Positions 52,461 to 64,000 of a stretch of 64,000 nucleotides of DNA are shown piece after piece. Location: the NCBI GenBank assembly GCA_965205655.1, contig CBDBIJ010000058.1, forward strand, positions 73,095-137,094, given 5' to 3'. The notes below the pieces were generated by a model. It was not told the DNA's origin. It saw only the letters and a list, made by a program, of their open reading frames with translations, and did not search any database. The position numbers and the translations under genes are program-made. Each line of letters begins with the position of its first letter. The first letter of the stretch is position 1. This stretch comes from Candidatus Latescibacterota bacterium (GTDB taxonomy: Bacteria > Latescibacterota > UBA2968 > UBA8231).

Positions 52461-53705
52461 TAGAGGTGGACCCCATCCTTTGGACAGCCGGGCAGCGGTG
52501 TTAAGGTGGACTCCATGAGGTTTGTTATGCTGCCCTTCGGCGAGCGTACTCCTCCATCGGCGTTCTGTCATCGGCGTGGGTCGAGTGAGGTCGTTCCTCG
52601 TTGTAGTATCTGATCCACGTAGCGATGGTCTGGCGAGCCTGGGGCCCGTCTTCGAAGTCGTGCAGGTAGACACACTCGTATTTGAGAGAGCGCCAGAGGC
52701 GCTCGATGAAGATGTTGTCCATCCACCGGCCCTTGCCGTCCATCGAGATCCGGACCCCGGCTCGTTTGAGTACTTCAGTGAACTCCTGGCTGGTGAATTG
52801 GCTGCCCTGGTCGGTGTTGAAGATCTTCGGCCTGCCGTATTTGGCCAGAGCCTCCTCCAGGGCTTCCGTACAGAAATCACTGTCCAGTGTGTTCGACAAG
52901 CGCCAAGAGAGCACCGTGCGCGTCGCCCAGTCCATGATCGCCACCAGATACTGGAAGCCTCGTTGCATCGGGATGTACGTGATATCGGCGCACCACACCT
53001 GGTTCGGCCGATCGATCCGCACATGCCGCAGCAGATACGGATAGATCCGATGCGCTGGATGGGGCGTCGACGTTCTCGGCTTCCGGTAGATGGGAGCCAG
53101 ACCTATCTGCCGCATCAATCGACGAATCCGTTTGCGGCCGACACCGTAGCCCTGTCGCCGCAGGGAGCGCGCCATCTGTCGCGACCCGTACCACGGCGTG
53201 GTCAGAAACTGCTCGTCGATCAGGCGCATCAGCTTCAGGTTCAGAGCACTCTCACCCTTGCCCGCGTAAGAGTGCGAGGAGCGCGCGATGCTGACCAACT
53301 CGCACTGGCGTACGACGCTGAGCCGGGGATGATTCGCCTCGATCATCGCTGCCCTTCGACCGCGGCTCAACGACCGAAGGCTTTCGACAAAAAATCGTTC
53401 TCTACCGCCAGCTGGCCGATCTTGGCGTGCAGCGCCTTCACCTCCGCCTCTCGGTCCGCAGCACCACGAGACGTCTTCTTGGCGAACACGTCGGGAAGAC
53501 TCTCCTTGGCGTGTCGCTTCCATTGTGCGATCATGTTGGGATGCACGTCATGCTTGGCCGCCAGCTCCGCCAGCGTTTTGTCGCCGACCAAAGCCTCCAG
53601 TGCGATCTCGGCCTTGAATTCGGCTGAGAAGTTACGTCGGGTACCCATGACTCAGATCCTTTCGCGTCAGGTTTGGGTCCAACTTAACATACTGTCCGAA
53701 GGTCA
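52461..53705 (-). mobile_element. IS3-family element (orfA 53648-53367, orfB to 52525)
   Basis: [51 protein letters not shown]6 slippery run at the orfA end; left end appears clipped. Confidence 0.9.
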
Positions 53706-53711
53706 AGTCCT

Positions 53712-53935
53712 GAGAGTTCTGCAAAAGTAGAGGCAGGGTGAAGTCGATTCCGATCAGGCTACGGCGCTCATTTCGTTAGAGGGTGTAATTTTCAAGGTCT
53801 CGTACAAGGCGTTGAGTTGAGCTCGTTCCGTGACCGTGATTCCGACTCGCTGCCAGCTCTGTGCAGCTCGAATGAGCGTCGCATGAACGAGCTTCAGGCA
53901 ACTCTTTTCGGTGAAGAATCGCGGCAAGGTCATCA
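53712..53935 (-). mobile_element. 3' fragment of a probable IS256-family transposase
   Basis: PRFFTEKSCLKLVHATLIRAAQSWQ followed by an IR-like end. Confidence 0.55.
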
Positions 53936-53949
53936 TCATCATGTGATGG

Positions 53950-56715
53950 TCACTGGAGGAGCTTCCACAGCGCTATTATGTGGCGCACGGCAAACTCGGC
54001 GCGCAGCATGATCCAGTCGTACTGGTCCGCGAACTCGGGGAACTCATCAACGTGCTGGGCGTTGTCCACGAGCTCAATGAGAGCCAGGGCTGACTTGAGT
54101 TCAGTCCGCATGTAAGCGCGGTAGGCGTCGTTCTCACTGAAGTGGCAAAGCCACTCGATCTTCGTGGCCCGCGTCGGACGTCCGTGCCTGTCGATCTCCT
54201 TGTTGTTCTTCGTGGCCCATGGCAGAACGGCTTCATTGGGCGCGGCAGAGTGCAGGACGCCCTTCAGGAGCTTGCGCATCGAGGCGCTGCCCTGTGTCCA
54301 ACCGTCCGGCCCGCGACCATCAGCGCGCGCCTTGACACCCCGGTACTGCTCAAGGAAGGCCGACTTTAGCTCGGGCAGCGTCTGTTCGAGGAACATCTCC
54401 GTCTCGGTGACGATCGTGCAACGCAGGGGAACGGTATGCTCTTCGTCCTCGTCTTCCAGCGGCTTGTGCGGGGTAATGCTGCGCACCGCGGAGGTGTGCA
54501 CGAACACGTCCATGGTCGGCAAGTCGGAGACAACCAGCGGAACCGAGACTAGCAAGCTACCCGGCTGGCTGAGCGACTCGATGAGATCGGCGTGCTGGAA
54601 CAGCAGCCTGTCGGTCAAGCGTGCTACCGCGTCGCGTTGCAGGTCTGCTGCGGCGATAAGGCCACCGACCCGGTCAAAGTCAATGGTCGGCAGCGTGAAT
54701 CGCGTTGCCTCGGTGAAGGACGACATCGCGGTTACGTGATCGGTCCAAGTCTTGTGCCGCAGGGCAAGGCGCTTGATCGTCTCGTACATCTGCTGCTGTC
54801 CGCGCACGTAATGGTCCATCGCCGTCATGAAGTCCGGGGTCATGAGCTTGGCGAAGGCGGCTGCGGTGGAATCAACGAGCGCGGGGAAACGCAGGGCGAG
54901 GTTGCTGATACTAGCTGTCGCGGCGGCTCTCTCAAGGATACCCGTATCCATGCTGTGTGCTAGCCTGAATAATTCATAAATTCGCTCAGGTTTGATCGGG
55001 ATTCGGTAAATGATGAAGCACTGAGGCGTTTCTCGCTCAAGTGTGATTTTCGGGTCCGTGTTTCTTGGTCGTAGGTCGATGTGTCAGGCGGTGTTGCATT
55101 TCCTCCGGACAGACTGATCCCTTGGTCGTGCTGATGATCGATTTTTTGGTGCGTCGTCATCGTGCGCATTACGCGGTGTCGAGGTTGTAGACGATCAACC
55201 TCATCAAGTCCTTGAGCGGATATGACGTCGGAAAGTGAAAGCGCACCGTGGTGGTTTGCTCCCGTACTCTGGCGCCGATTTTGAGGACGCGGAGTTGGAT
55301 TGTGTCGAAGTTGGACGTCGTCCATTGGGTGCCTCGCATGCCGATATGTTTGATCGCGTGCACAAGCACATAGGCGGCGCTGTGCAGGAAGAGGCGGAAT
55401 TGGTTTGCCGGGAATCGATGGCAGGAGGTCCGGTCGGAGTTCAGGAAGGTCTTGTGATTCTTGATGAACCCTTCCGATCGTCCGCGAGCACAGTAGACCT
55501 TCTCATACAGAAACCTGGGCGTTCGGTTCCGAATGTTCGTGACCACAAAACGCGGGTTGGCCTTTCCTTGCGTAATCTCGGCCTTGTAGATGATCTGGCG
55601 CGGACGGCTCCAGCTATCGGCCTGATAATCGAAGCGTGTAAAGAGCCGCACCGGCTTTTCGGTCTGCTCCGCCAGGGCGGCTGCCTGCTCCATCAGCGGT
55701 GCGCCGAGCGCTTTGAGCTTCTGGTTGACCGCTTGTCCGAGAATGAACGCTAGGCCGTATTCGTCGCACAGGTCGTGCACCTCCGGGGTGCTGAAGTGCG
55801 CGTCACCACGCAAGGTGATCTGCACCTGCGGCCAGGCCATGAGGATATGATCCAGAACGCGTCTGAGAATCGCCGCGGCCTCGCGGCCACGGATTCTACG
55901 ACCGGGTCGCAGAATGGTGGTGATCAACTTGCCTGTCTCTGCTTCGTAGAGATGGACGGGCAGGTAGCAGTACTCGTCATAGTAAGCGTGAAACAACGAC
56001 AGTTGCTGTGAACCGTGCGTGGCATCATCCGTGTCATCAATGTCCAGGATGATCTTCTTCGGCGGCTTGTCGTAGGACTCGATGAATGTTTCCAGTAACG
56101 CGAGCCCGATTCGGTAGAGGTCCGTGCGGCTGATACTGTTCTCGAAACGAGACATGGTCGATTGACTGGCCAGATCGGCTCCCGTCAGGGGGAGTCGATC
56201 GCATGCTGCCTTCAGAGCCGGATCTGAAGGCAGGTCGTTGCTGTCATTGGCGTCCTCGTACCCGCAGGCGATCTGGAAGACGCGCTGCTTGATGAGGTCG
56301 GTATAGGTATGGTCGATATAGCTTTGATGTCGGCGATCACACAACGCCCTTACGATTCGGTCTACGATCCCTATCTTGGATTCCGCCTGCCGCAGGAGCA
56401 GGGCGCCCCCATCGCTGGTCGTCGTGCCGCCGTCAAAATCGGCTTCGATCTTCCTGCCCGAGATGCTTGCAAAGGATAACGTGATCTGCGAACTTTCCAT
56501 CGCGGTGTCCTCTCAAATGGTTGTTGTTTGTGTCCAACCCTGACTCAGGGCAAAACAACCAGTTGTACAAGAGGTCACCGCATTTTTATGAATAATTCAG
56601 GCTAGGTCCTGCAGGCGCGTGATGGTTGCCTCGTTCTCGCGGAAGTACTTCGCCGGACCTTCCATGAGGCGCTGCATCCTTGCTGCTCTATCATGCGCCA
56701 GACGAACTCGTTCAT
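53950..56715 (-). pseudogene. Protein resembling predicted pPIWI-associating nucleases, split by IS1380
   Basis: SMRKLL..VLH..AP.E.V..W...GRPTRATKIEWLC; segment from 56602 upward (...TRLQDL) joins in frame to AHSMDTG at 54959. Confidence 0.55.
54964..56601 (-). mobile_element. IS1380-family element, complete, target duplication CTAG; transposase 56500-55169
   Basis: IRs CCTGAATAATTCATAAA / TTTATGAATAATTCAGG; FDGG..TSDGG.LLL, YEDAND, LDIDDT, RGDAHF, YCARG..E..IK; CTAG at 54960-54963 and 56602-56605. Confidence 0.95.
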
Positions 56716-57186
56716 GGGATCTGATCTTCTGACCTATCTGATTCCAATATTTGGCTCCTCCGGAGAATCTGTGGGTGAGAGAGGATTCTGCGGCGATGGG
56801 CATAGAGGAGACCAAGGAGAGCACAGGCGCATCATCCCCGGTATGTTGGGACAGTCCACCAAGACCGATCCCAACTACCTTTGGAGGGATATGATGCGCT
56901 TGATCACGGTACTAAACTTCGCCGGACCTTCCATGAGGCGCTGCATCCTTGCTGCTCTATCATGCGCCAGACGAACTCGTTCATGGGATCTGATCTTCTG
57001 ACCTATCTGATTCCAATATTTGGCTCCTCCGGAGAATCTGTGGGTGAGAGAGGATTCTGCGGCGATGGGCATAGAGGAGACCAAGGAGAGCACAGGCGCA
57101 TCATCCCCGGTATGTTGGGACAGTCCACCAAGACCGATCCCAACTACCTTTGGAGGGATATGATGCGCTTGATCACGGTACTAAAC
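56647..57186. repeat. Tandem duplication, 269-bp unit, spanning the ISL3 left end
   Basis: 56647-56917 matches 56916-57186, with AC microhomology at the join. Confidence 0.92.
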
Positions 57187-58466
57187 CGCTGCACCAGGTT
57201 CAAGCGATTTGTGTTTGAGGGCAGTCATTTTGACGAGCACGGAAGGATCATGGTGAGGATCAGACCACGGAAGAACTCCATGGGCGCGTGCAGCTGCTGC
57301 GGTCAGTTGTCGCCCACCTATGACACGGCCACCGACCCACGGCTGTTCGAGTTTGTTCCACTCTGGGGTTTCCCGGTCTTTCTGGTGTATCGCATGCGCC
57401 GGGTTGCCTGCAAAGCCTGCGGCCGGGTGGTCGTCGAGAAGGTCCCCTGGAGCATGGGCAAGCACCACCTTACCGACCTCTACCGCTGTTTCCTGGCGCA
57501 GTGGGCCAAGAAGCTGTCGTGGACGGAGGTGGCGCGCTCCTTCCGGACCAGTTGGGACAAGGTATATCATTCCGTCCAGTACGTGGTGGAATATGGCATC
57601 GCTCATCGCCGCCTCGACCACGTCACGGCCCTCGGCGTGGATGAGATCCAATATCGTAAGGGCCATCACTATCTGACCTTGCTGTACCAGATCGACACCC
57701 ACCGCCGCCGTCTGTTGTGGATGGGCGAAGGGCGGACGAAGAAGACCTTGAACAACGGCTTTACCGAACTGGAGCAAGAGCACCAGCGCAAGCAAGAAGC
57801 GGCCGGCGAGAAGGAGCCGACCAGTTTCCTCGGCCAGATTGCCGTCATCTGTAGTGATATCTGGAAAGCCTACCTCAACGTCATCGGCAAGCGGCTGCCG
57901 GCGGCCGTACATATTCTCGACCGCTTCCACATCATGCAGCACTTCAGCAAAGCGCTCGACAAAGTCCGTGCCCAAGAGACCCGCAGACTCAAAGAAGAGG
58001 GCAAAGATCCCGTCCTGTGCAAGAGCCGCTGGTGCTTCCTCAAGCGCAAGGAGAATCTCAGTGACACACCCAAGGCTTGAAGTTGTCCGAGCTATTGGAG
58101 ATGAACCTCCGCACCGTCAGAGCCTATCTACTGAAGGAGGACTTCCAGCGCTTCTGGAACTACACCTACCCCGCCTGGGCAGAGAAATTCCTCGATCGCT
58201 GGTGTTTCCGCACGATGAGAAGCAACATCGAACCGATGAAAAACATCGCCAAGATGCTGCGTCGTCATCGAGAGCTCATCCTCAATTGGTTCAGGGCCAA
58301 CAAGCAGTTCAACAACGGCATTGTCGAGGGCCTGAACCTGAAATGGAATCTGACGGTGAGAAAAGCATTCGGATTCCGCACCTTCAATGCCCTCCAAATC
58401 GCTTCATTCCATCAACTCGGCGACCTACCCGAGCCACAATTCACCCACGAATTCTACTGACGAGCC
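57022..58466 (+). mobile_element. ISL3-family element, transposase 57160-58460 with one frameshift
   Basis: IRs GGCTCCTCCGGAGAATCTGTGGGTGA / TCACCCACGAATTCTACTGACGAGCC; CSCCG, LGVDE, CSDIWKAY, DRFHI, NGIVEGLN, FGFRT. Confidence 0.92.
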
Positions 58467-58544
58467 CGATTTCATAACCAAATCGGGGGTTAAGCAAGAA
58501 GGTTTGGATCTGTCGTCAGTCCAGGCCGGGCGGGCTTTTGCCCC

Positions 58545-59320
58545 GGGTGCATTAGCCGATTGTGTAAACCCTGTGATCACTGGGTCAGCCGGGCCTGTGC
58601 GTGTCTCTCGAAGACGGCCTCGAGGGTGCCGTTGTACTGGGCGCAACGTAATGCCAGCATGTGGTTGCTGGAGGCCTCGTACCACCAGGCACCAGAGCGC
58701 TTGAGGCGCACTTGAGCAATGAATCGATGGGCCGACTCGATGGCTCCGGAGCCAATGGGGTAACCGCCTTTGCGATGACTTCCATACTCCACTCGAGACA
58801 GATGCTCGCTCAGATAGCTTACGGCGGCGTTGATCGCCTTGGCGGCTTCCTCGCAGATCGGCTGCATGCGCTGCAGGCCCCAGAGCACGCCGGCGGCTTC
58901 GTTGCCGTTGAGGCGGGCCATCGTAGCCTCCAGCCACTCACAGGCCCGCGACGGGTCGGCGCCGTACTGCGTTTGGGCTACTTCATGCAAGTACTGGCTG
59001 AGGTGGTAGAAGTCGAGCACTTGGCGCGCCGAGGGGAACAGCTCTTGGACCCACTTCCAGATCCACGACGCGCCATCGCCGATGACGCACAGCCGTACTT
59101 GATCTTCGGGGATACGACCCTCGTCCTTGAGGCGCTTGAGGGCGTGTCCCAATTCCTCCTCGTTGGCCACCTGGTGCCAGGAGATGAGGTGGACGATACG
59201 CTCCTCGTCCACCAGATACAGGCGGAAGCCCTTGGCTTCGCGGTACTCCCCCTTCCAACGAGCCCGATGCGCCCGCTGGCCGCAAAATACTGCGAAGAAC
59301 TCCACGATGCCGTAAAGAAC
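58545..59320 (-). mobile_element. 3' part of an ISKra4/ISLre2-like transposase
   Basis: GDGASWIW, LDFYH, GYPIGSGAIESAH...RLKRSGAWW; GGG-starting end at 58545. Confidence 0.8.
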
Positions 59321-59343
59321 CTGCCGTGATGAGAGGATGGAGC

Positions 59344-60600
59344 TAGTGGTTCAACTAGGTAGCAGTGCGGGGTAGAGACGCTTGAGCTTGATTCGTGCAT
59401 CCGCCGTCGTGAAACGCCAATTGATGACGGGCGGGTTTTCGAGGCGCTCCGTGAGCCAGGCCTTCACGTGTTTTCCCAACTGCTGGATCGTCGCGATGCG
59501 ACGATTGAGGCATTGCCGAAAGAGCACGTTCAGTCCGATCTCGGCCATGTTGAGCCAGCTGCCGTGTGTCGGGGTGTAGTAGGATGTCGAGTTTGTCAGC
59601 GATGCGCTTGGCTTCCTCCGGTTCGAAGGCCTCGTAGAGGGCCGCCTTCTTATGAGTGCTCAAGTTGTCCATCACCAGCGTGATCTCCTCCGCCTCAGGG
59701 TAGTGGACGTCGACGAGATCTCTGACGGTGTGAGCCCAGTCTCTCATCGTGCGCCGTTCGCTCACTCGGACGTGGGAGCGACCCGTGAAGGGCTCCAGCA
59801 TCATGAAGACGTTGGCGACCCCGTTGCGGACGTATTCATGGTGATACCGTGCCGGACACCCAGGCGCCACCGGCAGGGGCCGCTGCGTTTCGCCGATCAA
59901 CTGCTTGCACGTTTCGTCCAGACAAACCAACGGGTGCTTCGGGTCGTACGGCCGTTGATAGACATCCAACACGTCCTCCATCGCGCAGACGAACTCGGCA
60001 CTGGGTTTGCCCGGCAGGCACCACATCTCCCGCCGCCAAGGCTTCAGCTCGTTTTTTTTTAACGTCTTGCGGACCGTTTCCGGGCTGACACTGTCAACCA
60101 GCTCCAAGGCCACGAGGCGTCCTGCCAGCAGCTTCAGGGTCCAGTGCCTCCTCCCCTCGGGGGGCTCACTGCAGGCCAGAGCCACCAGATGGGCTTCGGC
60201 TCTGCCGTCGATCTTCTTTGCTTTCCGATTCTTCTGCTCCTTGCGCAGCAGCGACGCCTCGACGCCCTCTTCCACAAACCGCTGGCGCAGACGCTCCACC
60301 GTGCTCGGATGCACGTCGAGCGCGTGCTCGATCTGCTCATCGGTCCAGTGCTCACCATGCGGACCCCTGGTCCGTCTTCAGCAGGATCCTCGCGTGCCGT
60401 GTGTTTGTAGGCCGCCGCCTTCCCCCTCGAGATCAAACCGTGCAGGTGAGCTCGCTCCTCTGCTGTCAGCGTGACGATGTATTTCTTCGTGGGCAATGTC
60501 GATCTCCTCTCCTGACAAAGGGGCCTCAGGAGAAGGATACGAGCCCCGGCCTCAAAACGCTAGTTCCAATGTCCCGCAATCCTAACTGGATCAACCACTA
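59344..60600 (-). mobile_element. IS630-family element, frameshifted, inserted at C(TA)G
   Basis: Ends TAGTGGTTCA / TCAACCACTA; KKYIVTLT.EER, WTLKLLA, CLDE, VMDNL.TH, AEI.L.VL.RQCL, WRFT..DARIKL..LYP. Confidence 0.9.
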
Positions 60601-60651
60601 GTCCATGCAGCGTAAACAAGGCTTGATTTCCATCGGTGATGCCCTCTCCGG

Positions 60652-61115
60652 TATCAGGCCCGGTTGCCAGAGGTAGTGGCCCTGGGCGTCCTTGAACTTG
60701 CGGATGGCGGCCAGGGTCAGGTCGTTCATGAGGAAGGCGGCGGCGGCGCGGTAGGGGGCCTTGAGGGCGTGGACGAGGTCGATGAGGGCGTCGCTGGGGT
60801 TGGCGTCGGCGAAGGCGCCGGCCGCGCCGGAGGGGACGTAGCCGATGGCGCCCCAGGCGTACTTGGCGTTGGCGACAGGGTCGTAGGTGAGCAGGCCGCG
60901 GGGCCGGGCGAGGCCGTCGCCGGTGAGCAAGGCGTCGGCGTCGGCGAAGGCGAGAGCAACCTCGTCGGTCAGGAAGGCTTCGACGTCAAACCCCAGGTCC
61001 TCGAGGCTCTCGTTGGTGACCTCGGGGAAGGCGTCCACCTCGCGCGCCTCGAAGGTGAGCAAGCTGAACGTCGGTGTGGAGGTGGGGGACGGAGCCTCGC
61101 CCTCACCGCGCCAGG
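60652..61115 (-). pseudogene. HK97-type phage major capsid protein fragment
   Basis: AFPEVT..LED..FDVEAFL, GDG..RPRGLL, LIDLV.AL..PYR..A.FLMN, IRKFKD..G.YLWQP. Confidence 0.85.
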
Positions 61116-61119
61116 CGTA

Positions 61120-61652
61120 GGCGGTGCGGTAAAGAACGACGACCGCGCCGACTGGCGTGACGCCTGGGTGCTGTTTCCGGTGATGTAGCCTACGTCTGGC
61201 ACGGCGCCCTGCACGCCGCCACCGTGGCCGAGAGTTTGACCACCTGCGGCTTTGAAATCCGCGCCCAGATCATCTGGGTCAAGGAAAAGATGGTGTTCTC
61301 GCGCGGCCATTACCACTGGATGCACGAGCCCTGCTGGTATGCCGTCAAGGGCCGGGCCCATTGGACGGGCGACCGCAAGCAGGTCACCGTGTGGCCGATC
61401 GCATCAAAAGGCCAAGACGCCAACACGAATCATGCCGCCCAGAAGCCGGTCCAATGCATGCAGCGACCGATCGAGAACCATTCGTGTCCCGGCCAAGCGG
61501 TCTACGAGCCGTTTGCGGGGTCGGGGACGACGCTGATCGCCGCCGAGATCACAGGCCGGGCCTGCCTGGCTATGGAACTCGATCCGGCCTACGTGGACGT
61601 GGCGGTAAAGCGCTGGGAGGACTTCACCGGACAGAAATCGGAGGAGGCGTAG
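61120..61652 (+). pseudogene. 3' fragment of a phage-type DNA methyltransferase
   Basis: NDDRADW, YVWH, IIWVK, HEPCWY, H..QKPV, VYEPFAGSGTT, MELDP.YVDV. Confidence 0.85.
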
Positions 61653-61819
61653 CCCACATGGCTGGCCGACGAGCTGTTTTGACGCCGTCGACCACTCCGG
61701 CATCGAAGAGTGATCCATTTGTTTGTCAGTTTTACAACTAAGCCCTTGGCAGGCAAAGAATTGACGGCTTCTGAACCACCATGCTTACTCACGGGGTAAG
61801 GCATGGTCTCAGTCGAGTG

Positions 61820-61948
61820 GAGGGTGTCGACCACACCCCTCTATGGTTTCATGGAAATGTGGGGCTCCATGAGTCGGGCCACGGCCCGCACTGCGGGAAC
61901 GACCACGGCGTTGCCGAAGCGTGTCGGAAACCGGAATCCTGAACTCAG
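61820..61948 (-). pseudogene. dcm: 3' end of a Dcm-like C5 methyltransferase plus the first codons of a vsr-like gene
   Basis: FRIPVSDT...FGNAVVVPAVRAVA.LM.PHI, stop at 61841, then RBS and GTG VDTL at 61834. Confidence 0.6.
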
Positions 61949-61958
61949 CCCTCCGACC

Positions 61959-62416
61959 TCAATCGCCCCCCGCATCCTTCTCTTCTGCGTCGCCGTCTGT
62001 CTCAGGACGCCGAGCGATCGGGTCCACGATGATCATGTGCATGGGGAGTATGGGGTCGTCAGAGGTGATCTTGGCGTTCACCTCAAGGTGCTTCCGGCTG
62101 AAGAACTCCGGCCACTTGCGCTCCAGGAGCCACGCAGAGGCGGTCCATATGGGCGGCCGCTGGATCTCGACCACCTCGCGGAAGGTCTTTTGGTCTTCCC
62201 CTGACCCGATTGTCCTGACCGTCTTCCGCGTCTCAACAGACGACTCGTTGGCGGCCTCCTGGATTCGGCGGAGGTGGAACTGCCGGAAATCGGCCTCGGC
62301 CTTTTCTAGTTCGGACACAAATGCCCGAAACTTTCCGGAGCGCGCGGCCTTCCCCTTCTTTTTCCAGTTTTTGAATGTGGTGGTGCCGATACCTGCCACC
62401 AGGCAGGCATCTTTGT
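61959..62416 (-). pseudogene. Phage terminase small-subunit-like HTH protein, 5'-truncated
   Basis: DAC.VAGI..TTF.NW..KG, F..ELEKAEA, W.ASAWLLERKWP. Confidence 0.6.
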
Positions 62417-63544
62417 AGGGTGCGGATGAATCGCTCGGAGCAGCCATTGCCCTCCGGGGCACGCACGAAGCTGGGCGACGACTCGATGCCCAGGAAGTCG
62501 ATCTGTTTCTGGAAGTGGTTGGACATGTACGCAGAGCCATGATCGTGGCGCAGCTGCAGCCCCCCGGCGATACCCTTGTCGACGCCGCCGAAGTGTTCGC
62601 GGACTCCCTGGTGGATCGGCTCCAGGGCCTCGAAACGGTCGCCTGTGGCCGCTGCATGAATGCCGATGCACTCCGAGCTGCAGTGGTCGACAGCGACGAA
62701 GACCGTAGCTGTGCCTTCGCCGGTGGTCACGGTGGTGGTCAAGTCGGTTCCCCACATCTGGTCTGGTCGCTCGGTGGTGATCGTCCCGTCGTGTGCTTGC
62801 GGGCCCCTTGGCTGGCCGGCGCGTTGCGGCACCTGCAGGCCGTGCTCGCGCATCACACGGCGTACGCGCTCCTTCGAGGTGCGGATGTCCTGCGCCCGCA
62901 GCTGGGCCCACATCTTGCGGTAGCCTTCTCCGTGAAAGGGGGACGCCTTCAGCAACTCGCGAATCTTCTCAGCTAGCTCATCGTCGGTACACGGCCCTTG
63001 GGGACCTCGTTTCTTCCGCTCAAGACGCTCCTCCGGACGCAGAGCCGCCCGACGCCGATGCTCGTGGACGGTGGAGCGAGGAAACTGCCAGACCCGACAC
63101 ACACGCTGCAGCCTGTACGGCCGCTTCCTGGAGGGCGACTGGGTCTGGCTCATCGCTTCGACCTCCGGGATGCCAAAGGGAGTCCATCCTCCAGGCGATG
63201 GATCCTGGACTCCAGCAACTCGTTGTCCATCGTCAGATCCCCCACCTTCGTTTTCAGGCGGGCGATCTGTTCATCCCGCTCATCACGGGTACGGCTGTGC
63301 AGAGCTGACTCACCCCCACCCAGGAACTGCTCGCGCCACTCACTCAGCGTGGCTGCCATCACACCCAACTCCCGGGACAGGACCTCCAGGTCCTCCCCAC
63401 GCAGCAGGCGCAACACCGCCTCCTGCTTTCGACGAGCGGAGAATCGGCCGACCCGAACACCCTTCTTCTGCTTAGTCACCTCGAACACTCCTTTCAGGTC
63501 CATGTGGACCCTCTAATGTGTCCAAGAAAACCCTGGGGCGCTGG
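62417..63544 (-). mobile_element. Second, 3'-truncated copy of the IS3-family element at 29976-31315
   Basis: Near-identical orfA (63503-63150) and orfB ending at FIRTL; left end CCAGCGCCCC abuts ISL3 sequence. Confidence 0.92.
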
Positions 63545-64000
63545 ACTACAGATGACGGCAATCTGGCCGAGGAAACTGGTCGGCTCCTTCTCGCCGGCCG
63601 CTTCTTGCTTGCGCTGGTGCTCTTGCTCCAGTTCGGTAAAGCCGTTGTTCAAGGTCTTCTTCGTCCGCCCTTCGCCCATCCACAACAGACGGCGGCGGTG
63701 GGTGTCGATCTGGTACAGCAAGGTCAGATAGTGATGGCCCTTACGATATTGGATCTCATCCACGCCGAGGGCCGTGACGTGGTCGAGGCGGCGATGAGCG
63801 ATGCCATATTCCACCACGTACTGGACGGAATGATATACCTTGTCCCAACTGGTCCGGAAGGAGCGCGCCACCTCCGTCCACGACAGCTTCTTGGCCCACT
63901 GCGCCAGGAAACAGCGGTAGAGGTCGGTAAGGTGGTGCTTGCCCATGCTCCAGGGGACCTTCTCGACGACCACCCGGCCGCAGGCTTTGCAGGCAACCCG
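63545..64000 (-). mobile_element. Second ISL3 copy (partial, runs off the window)
   Basis: Reverse complement matches about 57400-57855. Confidence 0.92.

Noticed and set aside
62233..63153. 306-aa transposase with a novel C-terminus
   Set aside because: Deletion junction at about 62417 fuses the truncated IS to out-of-frame phage sequence

Overview
GC-rich bacterial chromosome window with two very different halves. 1-28972 is clean core genome: the 3' part of an rRNA operon (23S, 5S), a glycogenin-like GT8 gene, an EF-G paralogue with a promoter/terminator leader, yebC-ruvCAB-tsaB-rimI, a MalK-type ATPase, holB, rsmA, a predicted outer-membrane beta-barrel, ilvE, an Opp/Dpp-type ABC transporter, lysA, a carbamoyltransferase plus SxtJ-like gene, tadA and tRNA-Ser(CGA). 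From the tRNA 3' end to the window end (about 35 kb, right border not in view) is a heavily decayed island. It holds at least 15 IS copies or fragments (IS3, IS30, IS66, IS256, IS630, IS1380, IS1595, ISL3, ISKra4-like), phage terminase/capsid/methylase scraps, and remnants of defence loci (BREX brxE-brxA, a PD-(D/E)xK-like gene, a pPIWI-associated nuclease-like gene, dcm-vsr). The few intact survivors are a HEPN-motif protein, an MjaI-like R-M pair between IS3 ends, an SDH-type Clp-fold protease with a small partner ORF, and a secreted dockerin-like repeat protein with an AT-richer Cys-rich tip. The most unusual single signal is a 36-bp duplication of coding sequence around a 38-bp foreign insert (44814-44923), the geometry of a CRISPR spacer integrated outside an array. 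The dockerin-like motif hints at a Latescibacterota-like host (inference only). All family names come from motif recognition by eye; no database searches were run.
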